NCBI GenBank assembly: GCA_002315945.1
Contig: DCIJ01000078.1
Location: 1,884 to 65,883 of the forward strand
Direction: 5' to 3'
Origin: Lachnospiraceae bacterium UBA1729
Lineage (GTDB): Bacteria > Bacillota > Clostridia > Lachnospirales > Lachnospiraceae
DNA length: 64,000 bases
Of the stretch, positions 17,926 to 25,501 are shown piece by piece (position 1 is the first letter of the stretch; each line of letters opens with the position of its first letter). Below the pieces are notes generated by a model. The model saw only the letters and a list, made by a program, of their open reading frames with translations, searched no databases and was not told the origin of the DNA. Position numbers and translations under genes: made by a program.

Positions 17926-18720
17926 TTAATAGTATTTTTCTACAGACACCTGCACTGCCTGTGTCTGAATTCCGCCGCCCCACATGACGCCTCTGTTAAT
18001 TGCGCAGTCAACAGCATCCCTGCCGACTCCCAGCTTGATATATTCATCTGTGATTTCACAGTTATGTGTGGGATCAAATGCGATAAAAATGTCATTGCAG
18101 GCAGCCTCTACCCAGGAGTGACTTTTGCCCTCACCCACAATCAGTCCACAGGTATACCTTGCCGGTATCCCAAATATTCGTAGCAGACAGATAAAAATGT
18201 GGGAAAAATCCTGGCAGACACCTTTTCCTTCGGAAAAACTCTCTTCAGAAGTGGTCTCAACCTGTGTGCTTCCCTGCTCATAGATCATTTTTTCATGAAG
18301 CCTGTCCATGATACAGATACATTTTTCTCTGGTGCTGGCGCATCTGTCAATTTCAGCTCTTATTTCATTAGAAAAGCTGATAATATTATCTCCCGGGATA
18401 CATTTTCCATGGGGATATTTGTACATTCCCAAGGTGCTATTTTGTACTCCTCCAATGGTACACAGAGGACGCGTTTCCACCAGACCTTTGATTGTAAACA
18501 GATATTCAGAATGAGGTTCAATAATACGGCCAATAATCTGCTTATTTCCGAATGAATCCATCCCCTCTGAATAGGTTGCCTGGGGAGACATGTTAATGTC
18601 ATAGGAAATACTAATCTGTCTGAAATCATTAGCTGGAATCGGCTTCAGAGTAAAGTAACAGGTATCCACTTTTTCCGAATAGCTGATTTTCATCTTATAT
18701 TGATAGTTTAAAAAAGCCAT
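17926..18720 (-). CDS. Transglutaminase-like cysteine protease family protein
   Basis: 264 aa. GVCQDFSH (Cys), HSWVEA (His) and FDPTH (Asp) form the triad pattern. The N-terminal region resembles the bacterial transglutaminase N-domain. Confidence 0.8.
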   Translation of the reverse strand: MAFLNYQYKMKISYSEKVDTCYFTLKPIPANDFRQISISYDINMSPQATYSEGMDSFGNKQIIGRIIEPHSEYLFTIKGLVETRPLCTIGGVQNSTLGMYKYPHGKCIPGDNIISFSNEIRAEIDRCASTREKCICIMDRLHEKMIYEQGSTQVETTSEESFSEGKGVCQDFSHIFICLLRIFGIPARYTCGLIVGEGKSHSWVEAACNDIFIAFDPTHNCEITDEYIKLGVGRDAVDCAINRGVMWGGGIQTQAVQVSVEKYY

Positions 18721-18737
18721 ATTTTTCTATATTATCT

Positions 18738-19403
18738 CTAAGCGATAATTGCCTCCACACTATATATTACCTTTGAGTAATCAATATCAGCCTCATTTAT
18801 CAGAGTGCTTACCCTGCTTAAGGCTGCCTCATTGTATTTAATTCCGCTTCGTAATACTCTGGGGATCATTCGTTTTACTTCCCGCTCAATATCCTTGCGA
18901 TCAATTTTCAGTCTGGCATATAAATCGATTCGTTCAATACGCTTTCCGGCTTTTATAATATTTCTAATCTGCTCAGCATCTATCTGATCGTCAACACTGC
19001 CCCAGAATGACAGAATATCATCTGTAATCTGCTGCAGTTCAATAAGGGGCGAATCACTTCTGGCAGCATTGTTCATTGCATAAATAGCCATCTGAATATA
19101 TGAAAGGGCATCTGACCCTATTGTTTCCCTCAGCACAATAGCATTGTCATAGGCTCTGTTCAGGTTGCTGATGATGGAATCCATTATTGTTTCATCAAAA
19201 GGATATCTATTAAGAAAATCCTCCTGGGATTTGTATATGTCAGGAATATCCAGTGATTTACAGTAATTTGTATAAATATCACTGCTGTCATCAATCATGA
19301 TGTCATAGCTTTTTGCAAATAGTTTTAAGGTTGAATACACACGTTCCGTATACCGGCCAAGCCAATAGAGGTGATCAACCTGTTCTACTGAGATAATACC
19401 CAT
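18738..19403 (-). CDS. Alpha-E domain protein (COG2307-like), short form
   Basis: The N-terminal HLYWLGRYTERVYSTLKLF is the alpha-E signature. At 221 aa it is shorter than the roughly 300 aa I recall for this family. It overlaps the ATP-grasp gene by 19 nt. Confidence 0.7.
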   Translation of the reverse strand: MGIISVEQVDHLYWLGRYTERVYSTLKLFAKSYDIMIDDSSDIYTNYCKSLDIPDIYKSQEDFLNRYPFDETIMDSIISNLNRAYDNAIVLRETIGSDALSYIQMAIYAMNNAARSDSPLIELQQITDDILSFWGSVDDQIDAEQIRNIIKAGKRIERIDLYARLKIDRKDIEREVKRMIPRVLRSGIKYNEAALSRVSTLINEADIDYSKVIYSVEAIIA

Positions 19404-20710
19404 GTGTCTTTAAATCCTCCTCCCTGTGATGAATTAACAATATATGAATCCGGATTTCTGGAAAATCTTGTGAGTCCGCTTGCCCACACAAGCGGCTCCT
19501 CTGCCATAAGAACAAAGGCTCGCAAATCTGCTTTTCTTGGAACGACTTCACCCTCATCCACAATGTCCAAATCCTGAAAATCAATAACTTCCTGGGCAAT
19601 GAACCTCCTTGGTTCTGCTTTCAGTAGTTCAATAAAGTCCTCCTTCTGCTTGGCTGTCATGGTATTGCCAAAGACAACTCCATATCCTCCCGCTTCTGCC
19701 ACATCTTTTAAAACCAGATCATCAAAGTGCTTCAGCACATAATCCATGTCTTCCTCATAAAAAGGAAGATACGTGGGAGCATTTTTCAAAACAGGTTCCT
19801 CTTTCAGATAGTATTTAATCATTTTGGGAACGAAGTAATATATGCCTTTATCATCTGCAACTCCATTGCCTGGTGCATTAATTAAAGCCACATTACCTTT
19901 TCTAAATACATCATAGATATGCGGAATTCCGATGAGAGATTCCGGATTGAAATTCATTGGATCCAGGTATTCATCAGAGATACGTCTGTAAACCACTCCT
20001 ACCCTTTCTTTGACACCACTGGCACTTACATAGTACAAAATGTCATTTTCCACAAAGAGTTCTGACCCGGTTACAAGATGGGCCCTGGTCTGTTCGGCCA
20101 GGTAGGAATGTTCAAAATATGCCGCATTATATCTGCCCGGAGTCAGAATAACCGTATGGCCTCCTGGGTTTACATAATCCATTGTTTTTCTTAATAATTC
20201 AGCATAGTTCCTGTTATCAGCAAGTTTTACATTATGAAAGGTTTCCGGGGAGCTCTTTCTGCAAAGATCCCTTGCTATCATGGGATAGGATGCTCCCGAA
20301 GGAACACGCAGATTATCCTCTAAAATGTACCACTCATTATCTTTTCCCTTTACCAGGTCTATTCCCGAAATATGGGAATATATCCCCTTGGGAGGCATGA
20401 CCCCTTCACACTCAGCCATATAGCCTGATGATGCAAAAATAAAGTCTTCAGGTACGACACCATCCTTCACAATTTTTTTATCAGAATAGATATCTTTTAG
20501 AAAAAGATTAAGCGCTTTAACCCTTTGCTTAAGGCCTCTTTCCAGCATTTCAAATTCATCATGTTCAATGATTCTGGGAATTGCGTCGAATGGAAATAGC
20601 TGCTCTTTAAAAGTATTGTTTTTATAAATTCCAAACTTTACTCCATAACGGGCTAACAAACTATTAATCTTCTGGGTATGCACTACCAGTGCCTGCTCGT
20701 GTTTCTTCAT
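19385..20710 (-). CDS. Circularly permuted type-2 ATP-grasp protein (COG2308-like)
   Basis: 441 aa. FPFDAIPRIIEHDEFEMLERGLKQRVKALNLFLKDIY is typical of this family. RBS CTGGAGGA lies upstream. Confidence 0.8.
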   Translation of the reverse strand: MKKHEQALVVHTQKINSLLARYGVKFGIYKNNTFKEQLFPFDAIPRIIEHDEFEMLERGLKQRVKALNLFLKDIYSDKKIVKDGVVPEDFIFASSGYMAECEGVMPPKGIYSHISGIDLVKGKDNEWYILEDNLRVPSGASYPMIARDLCRKSSPETFHNVKLADNRNYAELLRKTMDYVNPGGHTVILTPGRYNAAYFEHSYLAEQTRAHLVTGSELFVENDILYYVSASGVKERVGVVYRRISDEYLDPMNFNPESLIGIPHIYDVFRKGNVALINAPGNGVADDKGIYYFVPKMIKYYLKEEPVLKNAPTYLPFYEEDMDYVLKHFDDLVLKDVAEAGGYGVVFGNTMTAKQKEDFIELLKAEPRRFIAQEVIDFQDLDIVDEGEVVPRKADLRAFVLMAEEPLVWASGLTRFSRNPDSYIVNSSQGGGFKDTWVLSQ

Positions 20711-20748
20711 TTTGTTGGTCCTCCAGCTTGGCGCATAGCCATATGGTA

Positions 20749-20788
20749 AAAAAAAGGGCGCTCATGTATTTCTACATAAGCGCCCTTG
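20749..20788 (-). terminator. Strong intrinsic terminator 40 nt upstream of the ATP-grasp start codon (candidate attenuator)
   Basis: Minus-strand hairpin GGGCGCTTATGTA-gaaa-TACATGAGCGCCC followed by T8. A candidate promoter (TTGACA-17-TGGTAATTT) lies upstream at about 20800-20836. Confidence 0.7.
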
Positions 20789-21040
20789 CTCTCATAATTT
20801 AAAAGTAAAATTACCATATGTGCATAATATTGTCAATATCTGTTAAATCTCCGGGCCTGTTATCCACTAGGCCTCCAGCTCTGCCATCCTGGAGAAAAAC
20901 AGCTTCAGTCTTTTACTCAGCATACTTGCCAATGCACATAATTACAAAAAACCACTGCAGCGTAAAATGCATGGTATACAGGGGAAGAGGAATATCAAAT
21001 TTTAAAACAAGGATACTTTTTGTTACTAATATGGCTAATC

Positions 21041-21553
21041 CTATGGAAGCAACGAATTTTCAAAGCAGCAATTCAGGTAAATTATATGAGATACAGCTAT
21101 TACAACACTTCTTAACACTTTTTTTTCATAAGGCATATCCCCTGAGACTGTCTCTTTATCATCCAGTTTTTCAAAGGTCATTCTTATTCTGTACTCCAAT
21201 TCATGGCAAAAATAATTATAGGCAATCTCTAATGAATAAGTTGACTTCTGCAAATCAAATAATTTTGCTATATTTTCCATGCTCAGCACCTGCTTAGCCA
21301 CAACAATAAAAATAAGATAAGCAATCTGTTCTGCGTGGTACTGCTTATTAACAGGTCTGTCAATATACCCCTTTTTTACATAATTACTCAGCATGGATGG
21401 AGTTATTGACAGGTTAAAGGGTCCAAGCACTTCATTAATGTACTTAACAACCTGCTCCAGGTATAGTCCCACATTAGGTATCACCTTATACCGAGGCATT
21501 TTATGATGTGAAACATATTCAATTAGCCCGCTCGCGCTGTTTGTATTATCCAT
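21041..21553 (-). CDS. DUF1836 domain protein (usual DegV partner)
   Basis: SITPSMLSNYVKKGYIDRPVNKQYHAEQIAYLIFIVVAKQVLSMENI matches my recollection of DUF1836. The start is uncertain (21553 or 21592). Confidence 0.65.
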   Translation of the reverse strand: MDNTNSASGLIEYVSHHKMPRYKVIPNVGLYLEQVVKYINEVLGPFNLSITPSMLSNYVKKGYIDRPVNKQYHAEQIAYLIFIVVAKQVLSMENIAKLFDLQKSTYSLEIAYNYFCHELEYRIRMTFEKLDDKETVSGDMPYEKKVLRSVVIAVSHIIYLNCCFENSLLP

Positions 21554-21640
21554 ATTTTCTATCCGTCCCCCTGATTTTTCAGATACTACCATATAATTAT
21601 AAATTTTAAATAAAAAAACTTCAATATCCGAAAAGCGGAC

Positions 21641-21668
21641 TTGACACAGGTGTTTCGCGTTCTATAAT
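21641..21668 (+). promoter_or_regulatory. Sigma-70 type promoter for degV
   Basis: TTGACA (21641-21646), 16-nt spacer, TATAAT (21663-21668). Confidence 0.7.
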
Positions 21669-21722
21669 AGCCTTTGTAGAGTTTTTGAAAAACCGTAGAT
21701 GTAGTATTGTATATCTCACCGC

Positions 21723-21773
21723 TGTTATTAGGGCATTTGGGGGTGTTATTAGGGCATTTTGGGGTGTTGTTTG
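21723..21773 (+). repeat. Two and a half tandem 21-nt repeats in the degV 5' leader
   Basis: TGTTATTAGGGCATTTGGGGG, then TGTTATTAGGGCATTTTGGGG, then TGTTGTTTG. Confidence 0.8.
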
Positions 21774-21804
21774 AATTATTACAGTTATTAACAGGAGGGT
21801 TATT

Positions 21805-22638
21805 GTGAATTACAAAATAGTATCAGATTCATCAGCAAATCTTTTTAAACTGAAGGAGCTTGATTTCCAGTCAGTTCCTCTTCATATCATAGTGGCGGAC
21901 AAAGATTTCGAGGATAGTGAGACATTGGATCTCAATGAAATGCAAAATAGTCTGTCTTCCCATAACGGAAAATCATCCACCTCCTGCCCCAGTTCGCAGG
22001 AGTGGATGGATGCTTTTGGCAACGCTGATGTGATCTTCTGTGTTACCCTCACAAGTGGCCTGTCCGGTGCATACAACTCTGCCAAAATTGCGGCATCCAT
22101 GTATGAGTCAGATTATCCTGGACGCAAGGTTTATGTTATAGACTCTTTATCTACCGGACCTGAAATGGTTCTGTTAATTCACAAAATCGCAGAACTCATC
22201 CAGTCTGGCACCGAGAGTGATGTAATTTTTAACAAAGTCTGTGAATATAAAAAAAGAACCCACCTGTATTTTGAACTTTCTTCTCTGGATAACTTTGTAA
22301 AAAACGGAAGAATCAATTCTGTAGTTGCAAAAAGTATTGGAATGCTTGGAATAAAAATAATTGGGACAGCCAGCGATGAGGGAACCCTCAAGCCTGTCGA
22401 CAAGTGCCGTGGAAGCAGGCGTGGCTACTGCTGCCTTATTTCTCATATGAAAAAATGTGGATACTCTGATGGCCAGGTTATTATTTCTCATACAAATAAC
22501 CCCTCCGGTGCAGAAGAAATGAATGAACTTATTCAATCCAATTTTAATTATCACGATGCAGTGATTATGGAAAATCGTGGACTGTGCAGTTACTATGCAG
22601 AGCCTGGTTCTGTGCTAATTGGCTTCGAAGTGAGCTAG
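21805..22638 (+). CDS. degV: DegV family fatty-acid-binding protein
   Basis: 277 aa. IVSDSSANL start and overall DegV layout. GTG start 5 nt after GGAGGG. The stop codon lies inside a family-1 repeat. Confidence 0.85.
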   Translation: MNYKIVSDSSANLFKLKELDFQSVPLHIIVADKDFEDSETLDLNEMQNSLSSHNGKSSTSCPSSQEWMDAFGNADVIFCVTLTSGLSGAYNSAKIAASMYESDYPGRKVYVIDSLSTGPEMVLLIHKIAELIQSGTESDVIFNKVCEYKKRTHLYFELSSLDNFVKNGRINSVVAKSIGMLGIKIIGTASDEGTLKPVDKCRGSRRGYCCLISHMKKCGYSDGQVIISHTNNPSGAEEMNELIQSNFNYHDAVIMENRGLCSYYAEPGSVLIGFEVS

Positions 22639-22712
22639 GGGTGAGCTAGGGGGACGAGGTTGGGGGTTCATTTTTGCAAAAAATGAACCCCCAACCCCGT
22701 CCCCCTAGCTCA
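22630..22712. repeat. REP-like family 1 palindrome; probable bidirectional terminator
   Basis: TGAGCTAGGGGGACGAGGTTGGGGGTTCA (22642-22670) pairs with TGAACCCCCAACCCCGTCCCCCTAGCTCA (22684-22712). It is nearly identical to 15892-15960 and lies between convergent genes. Confidence 0.85.
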
Positions 22713-22717
22713 TTTTA

Positions 22718-23122
22718 TTACTGTCCACGATGATTCAGGTACAAATATGACCCCCAGAAGAGAACCAGCATGAGGCAAATTGAATAACTGCAAACCAGCA
22801 TGAGGTCTCTTTTTCCTACAACCATACATATAATAGTGGCTATTCCAAGGATAATAACCATCATATATCCTGCCCATGACCAGGCCTGCATTCTCAGATA
22901 TCTGTTTCTCTCATCATTAATTTCAATATCTACCTTCTCCTTATACTCGCTATTATTAATATATTTCACATTCCTGGCCAACTGGATTACTCCAACAGTC
23001 AGCAATCCGCCTGCGAAACCAGTATACGTATCGTCTATAATTCCAAAAGCCTTGCATGCTATCAGCGCTATACCAATAACAATATAAAATATGTTAAACA
23101 TTACATTTCTCTTACCGTTCAT
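22718..23122 (-). CDS. Small multi-pass membrane protein, coupled to the Xre regulator
   Basis: About 134 aa from MNGKRNVMFNIFYIVIG, with 4 predicted TM segments. The ATG at 23122 overlaps the Xre stop by 11 nt. The longer ORF-track version overlaps the Xre CDS. Confidence 0.65.
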   Translation of the reverse strand: MNGKRNVMFNIFYIVIGIALIACKAFGIIDDTYTGFAGGLLTVGVIQLARNVKYINNSEYKEKVDIEINDERNRYLRMQAWSWAGYMMVIILGIATIICMVVGKRDLMLVCSYSICLMLVLFWGSYLYLNHRGQ

Positions 23123-23321
23123 CTTCTTCCTCCTCAAAGCAAAATACATCTTCAATAGTAAGTCCAAAAAATTTTGAAATATTGTACGCCAAAAAAATGG
23201 ATGGATTATATCGCCCATTCTCCAAAGAACTGATTGTCTGCCTGGAAACCTTAAGCACTTTTGCCAATTCTTCCTGATTTATCCCTCTGGCCTTTCTAAT
23301 TTCCTCTATTCGATTTTTCAA
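23112..23321 (-). CDS. XRE-family HTH transcriptional regulator
   Basis: INQEELAKVLKVSRQTISSLENGRYNPS is the HTH_3 motif. A TTG start lies 5 nt after AAGGAGG. The ORF-track GTG at 23354 lacks an RBS. Confidence 0.8.
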   Translation of the reverse strand: MKNRIEEIRKARGINQEELAKVLKVSRQTISSLENGRYNPSIFLAYNISKFFGLTIEDVFCFEEEEDER

Positions 23322-23385
23322 AAAAACCTCCTTAGTAACAGCTATATTTCCCACTCAAATACACTTGTCAAAAAAATAAAAAAAT

Positions 23386-23451
23386 ATGTAAAGTTTTCTT
23401 TACATCCGCCATTATATAACATTGCTCGCAAATGTCAAGTTCACTTTACAT
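23386..23451 (-). promoter_or_regulatory. Consensus promoter flanked by two ATGTAAAG-type palindromic operators
   Basis: On the minus strand, TTGACA (23433-23438), 16-nt spacer, TATAAT (23411-23416). Palindromes ATGTAAAGnnnnCTTTACAT (23386-23405) and ATGTAAAGTGAACTTGACAT (23432-23451). Confidence 0.75.
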
Positions 23452-23488
23452 ATTCTATGTTTTTCATATTATGAATGGACGCTCTCCC

Positions 23489-23548
23489 CGTTGCAGAGTG
23501 ACACTCCTCGTTACAGAGGGACACTCCTCGTTGCAAAAGAACCGTCCC
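23489..23548. repeat. Repeat family 2: three tandem 20-nt units ending in GAACCGTCCC
   Basis: CGTTGCAGAGTGACACTCCT, CGTTACAGAGGGACACTCCT, CGTTGCAAAAGAACCGTCCC. Confidence 0.85.
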
Positions 23549-23551
23549 CAA

Positions 23552-24886
23552 TTACGATCTTTTCATTTTGGATATTCCACAAATAACCTGGAAAGTAGCC
23601 AAGTTAAATCCCATTTTAATTTTTTTAATTTTGCCTATTCCTTCTGACAACTCCAACGTCTGAAGCTCAGAACACTTTATTCCAGTCTCTTCAAAACACT
23701 GGCAGAGAGCCTGTGCATATTTTTCACCATCAAAGCATGTGGTCAGGGAAAAATAAAATCTGTCATTAATAGAATTAATTTCTAAAACAGGCGTTACACT
23801 ATCAACAAAGGAGTACAGCGACTTAATATGCCTGTCAATACTTCCATAGGACATCCTGCCTGCATAACTCACACTTGCAGTACAACGGGCACGCTCTACA
23901 CACTTTTTAGCCAAAATCCTTTTTGCATCCACAGAAGGCATATACGAAAATGCCTTGTCAAGCTTAAGCATACCCTTTAGCTTTGGAATCATTACGATAT
24001 CTGATGAATCAACAATAGTCTTTCCTCTGACACATGTATCTAACATCTCCGTATCCATTTCAAAAGATTTCTTTTCAAAACGGAAGGTACAGCTTTGCAG
24101 GAAGGGAGGATATGATCTGCTGACTCCCAAAATGTTTTTCCCATTTACAGCCACAGAAATATCAATCCCCTGGTTAACCGCCTCCGGATGCAGCTTATTG
24201 ACTGCTTTTGCCATAAGTATCTGTGCTATTGAATTTGGCGAACCATCGTTTAATCGGGCGAATTCCATTATTTGAGCCGAATCACATTCAAACATGTATA
24301 CTTTTCCCAGATAGCTTTTCTTTTCTGGAAAAAAGAAACACTCTCCACCCATTTCCGAATTGAGCTTCTTGCCTTCTTCTTCAACTGGAAAACGACTCTC
24401 AGGAAGAGTGGTTTCCTCCAGACTCATGTCTTCAAGAATCCATTCATAACTAGCGTTACACTTTATTTCTTCACCCTTTAATCGATAATACTCAAGTAGA
24501 ATACGGCCAACAAATGCCCCCATTCCGCTGCCGTCTGTCAGCCCATGAAAAAAATATGCTGTCAACTGATTATCACAGACACTAATTCGATATAAAAAAT
24601 CATCATTATCGCGCCCATTAATCACATAAGCTTTACTATCCTCATATATCCTTGGCTCTTTATCATGCTTGACCCAGACCAGGGATTTATCCTTCTCAAA
24701 CAACTTTACCTGAAAATATGGAAATCTTTTCGCACTGATTTTCAGAGCTTCATCCATCATTTTTACATCTATCTTTTCATCAAGAGTATATCTCATTGCT
24801 GCAAAAGTAGAATGCTTTCCATCCATGGCATATGCAAATAGTTTTGCTCCAACAGACATCTCAAACTCTGGTATTTTTTTTGTCAT
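23552..24886 (-). CDS. Stand-alone condensation-domain-like / HxxxD acyltransferase superfamily protein
   Basis: About 444 aa, which is C-domain size. FFHGLTDGSG matches the HHxxxDG catalytic motif. The ATG at 24886 lies 8 nt after GGGAGAAG. Confidence 0.6.
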   Translation of the reverse strand: MTKKIPEFEMSVGAKLFAYAMDGKHSTFAAMRYTLDEKIDVKMMDEALKISAKRFPYFQVKLFEKDKSLVWVKHDKEPRIYEDSKAYVINGRDNDDFLYRISVCDNQLTAYFFHGLTDGSGMGAFVGRILLEYYRLKGEEIKCNASYEWILEDMSLEETTLPESRFPVEEEGKKLNSEMGGECFFFPEKKSYLGKVYMFECDSAQIMEFARLNDGSPNSIAQILMAKAVNKLHPEAVNQGIDISVAVNGKNILGVSRSYPPFLQSCTFRFEKKSFEMDTEMLDTCVRGKTIVDSSDIVMIPKLKGMLKLDKAFSYMPSVDAKRILAKKCVERARCTASVSYAGRMSYGSIDRHIKSLYSFVDSVTPVLEINSINDRFYFSLTTCFDGEKYAQALCQCFEETGIKCSELQTLELSEGIGKIKKIKMGFNLATFQVICGISKMKRS

Positions 24887-24913
24887 TATATTAACTTCTC
24901 CCAAAACTTACTT

Positions 24914-25019
24914 CGTTGCAGAGGGACACTCCTCGTTACAGAGGGACACTCCTCATTACAGAGGGACACTCCTCGTTGCAAAAGAACCGTCCCCAACAGT
25001 GGACAAAAGAACCGTCCCC
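24914..25019. repeat. Repeat family 2: five tandem units, same orientation as 23489-23548
   Basis: CGTTGCAGAGGGACACTCCT, CGTTACAGAGGGACACTCCT, CATTACAGAGGGACACTCCT, CGTTGCAAAAGAACCGTCCC, then CAACAGTGGACAAAAGAACCGTCCCC. Confidence 0.85.
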
Positions 25020-25501
25020 ACTTCGGAAAGGGTTTCCTCCAGGCTAAGGCCGTCCTCTTTTACGATAATGTCTGCATATTTTTCATACAGGGGTGTTCTT
25101 TCGTTATATAAATCAAGCAGGGTCTGCCCCTCTCGAAGCACAACACCTCGTCCCTTCAGATTGGATAATCGCTTTTCCAGTTCTTCATATGCCAAAGATA
25201 GGTAGACAACTGTACCTATCTCCTTCAGATGCTCCATGGCATCAGCCTCATACACTACACTTCCGCCTGTGGAAATAATACTGTTGTGGCAATCAATACT
25301 GGCGTTGACTTCTCCTTCGATTTTCAAGAAGCCCTCCACACCTTCTGCTGCAATTATTTCTCTCAACAGGCGCTTTTCTCTCTTTTGAATCAGCAGATCA
25401 GCATCTACAAATTCATATCCCAGCTCTTTGGCAGCAATTACACCAATGGTGCTCTTGCCTACAGCTGGCATACCAATCAATACTATATTATCCTTAATCA
25501 T
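24956..25501 (-). CDS. aroK: Shikimate kinase
   Basis: LIGMPAVGKSTIG P-loop and overall AroK layout. The last ~21 codons (..LLSTVGDGSFATRSVPL) run into repeat family 2. Confidence 0.85.
   Translation of the reverse strand: MIKDNIVLIGMPAVGKSTIGVIAAKELGYEFVDADLLIQKREKRLLREIIAAEGVEGFLKIEGEVNASIDCHNSIISTGGSVVYEADAMEHLKEIGTVVYLSLAYEELEKRLSNLKGRGVVLREGQTLLDLYNERTPLYEKYADIIVKEDGLSLEETLSEVGTVLLSTVGDGSFATRSVPL

Noticed and set aside
20818-21297. A 159-aa plus-strand ORF, together with many other 60-160-aa ORFs in the track that lie antisense to long genes (for example 6847-7317, 10507-10965, 29892-30383 and 58773-59222).
   Set aside because: These are shadow ORFs inside or opposite well-supported genes. 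They have no RBS, no recognisable motifs and low-complexity composition.
23489-25019. A possible CRISPR array, suggested by the tandem 20-nt repeats. The same question arose for the 16-nt array at 34337-34417.
   Set aside because: The units are directly abutting with no unique spacers, the arrays are tiny, and there are no cas genes in the window.
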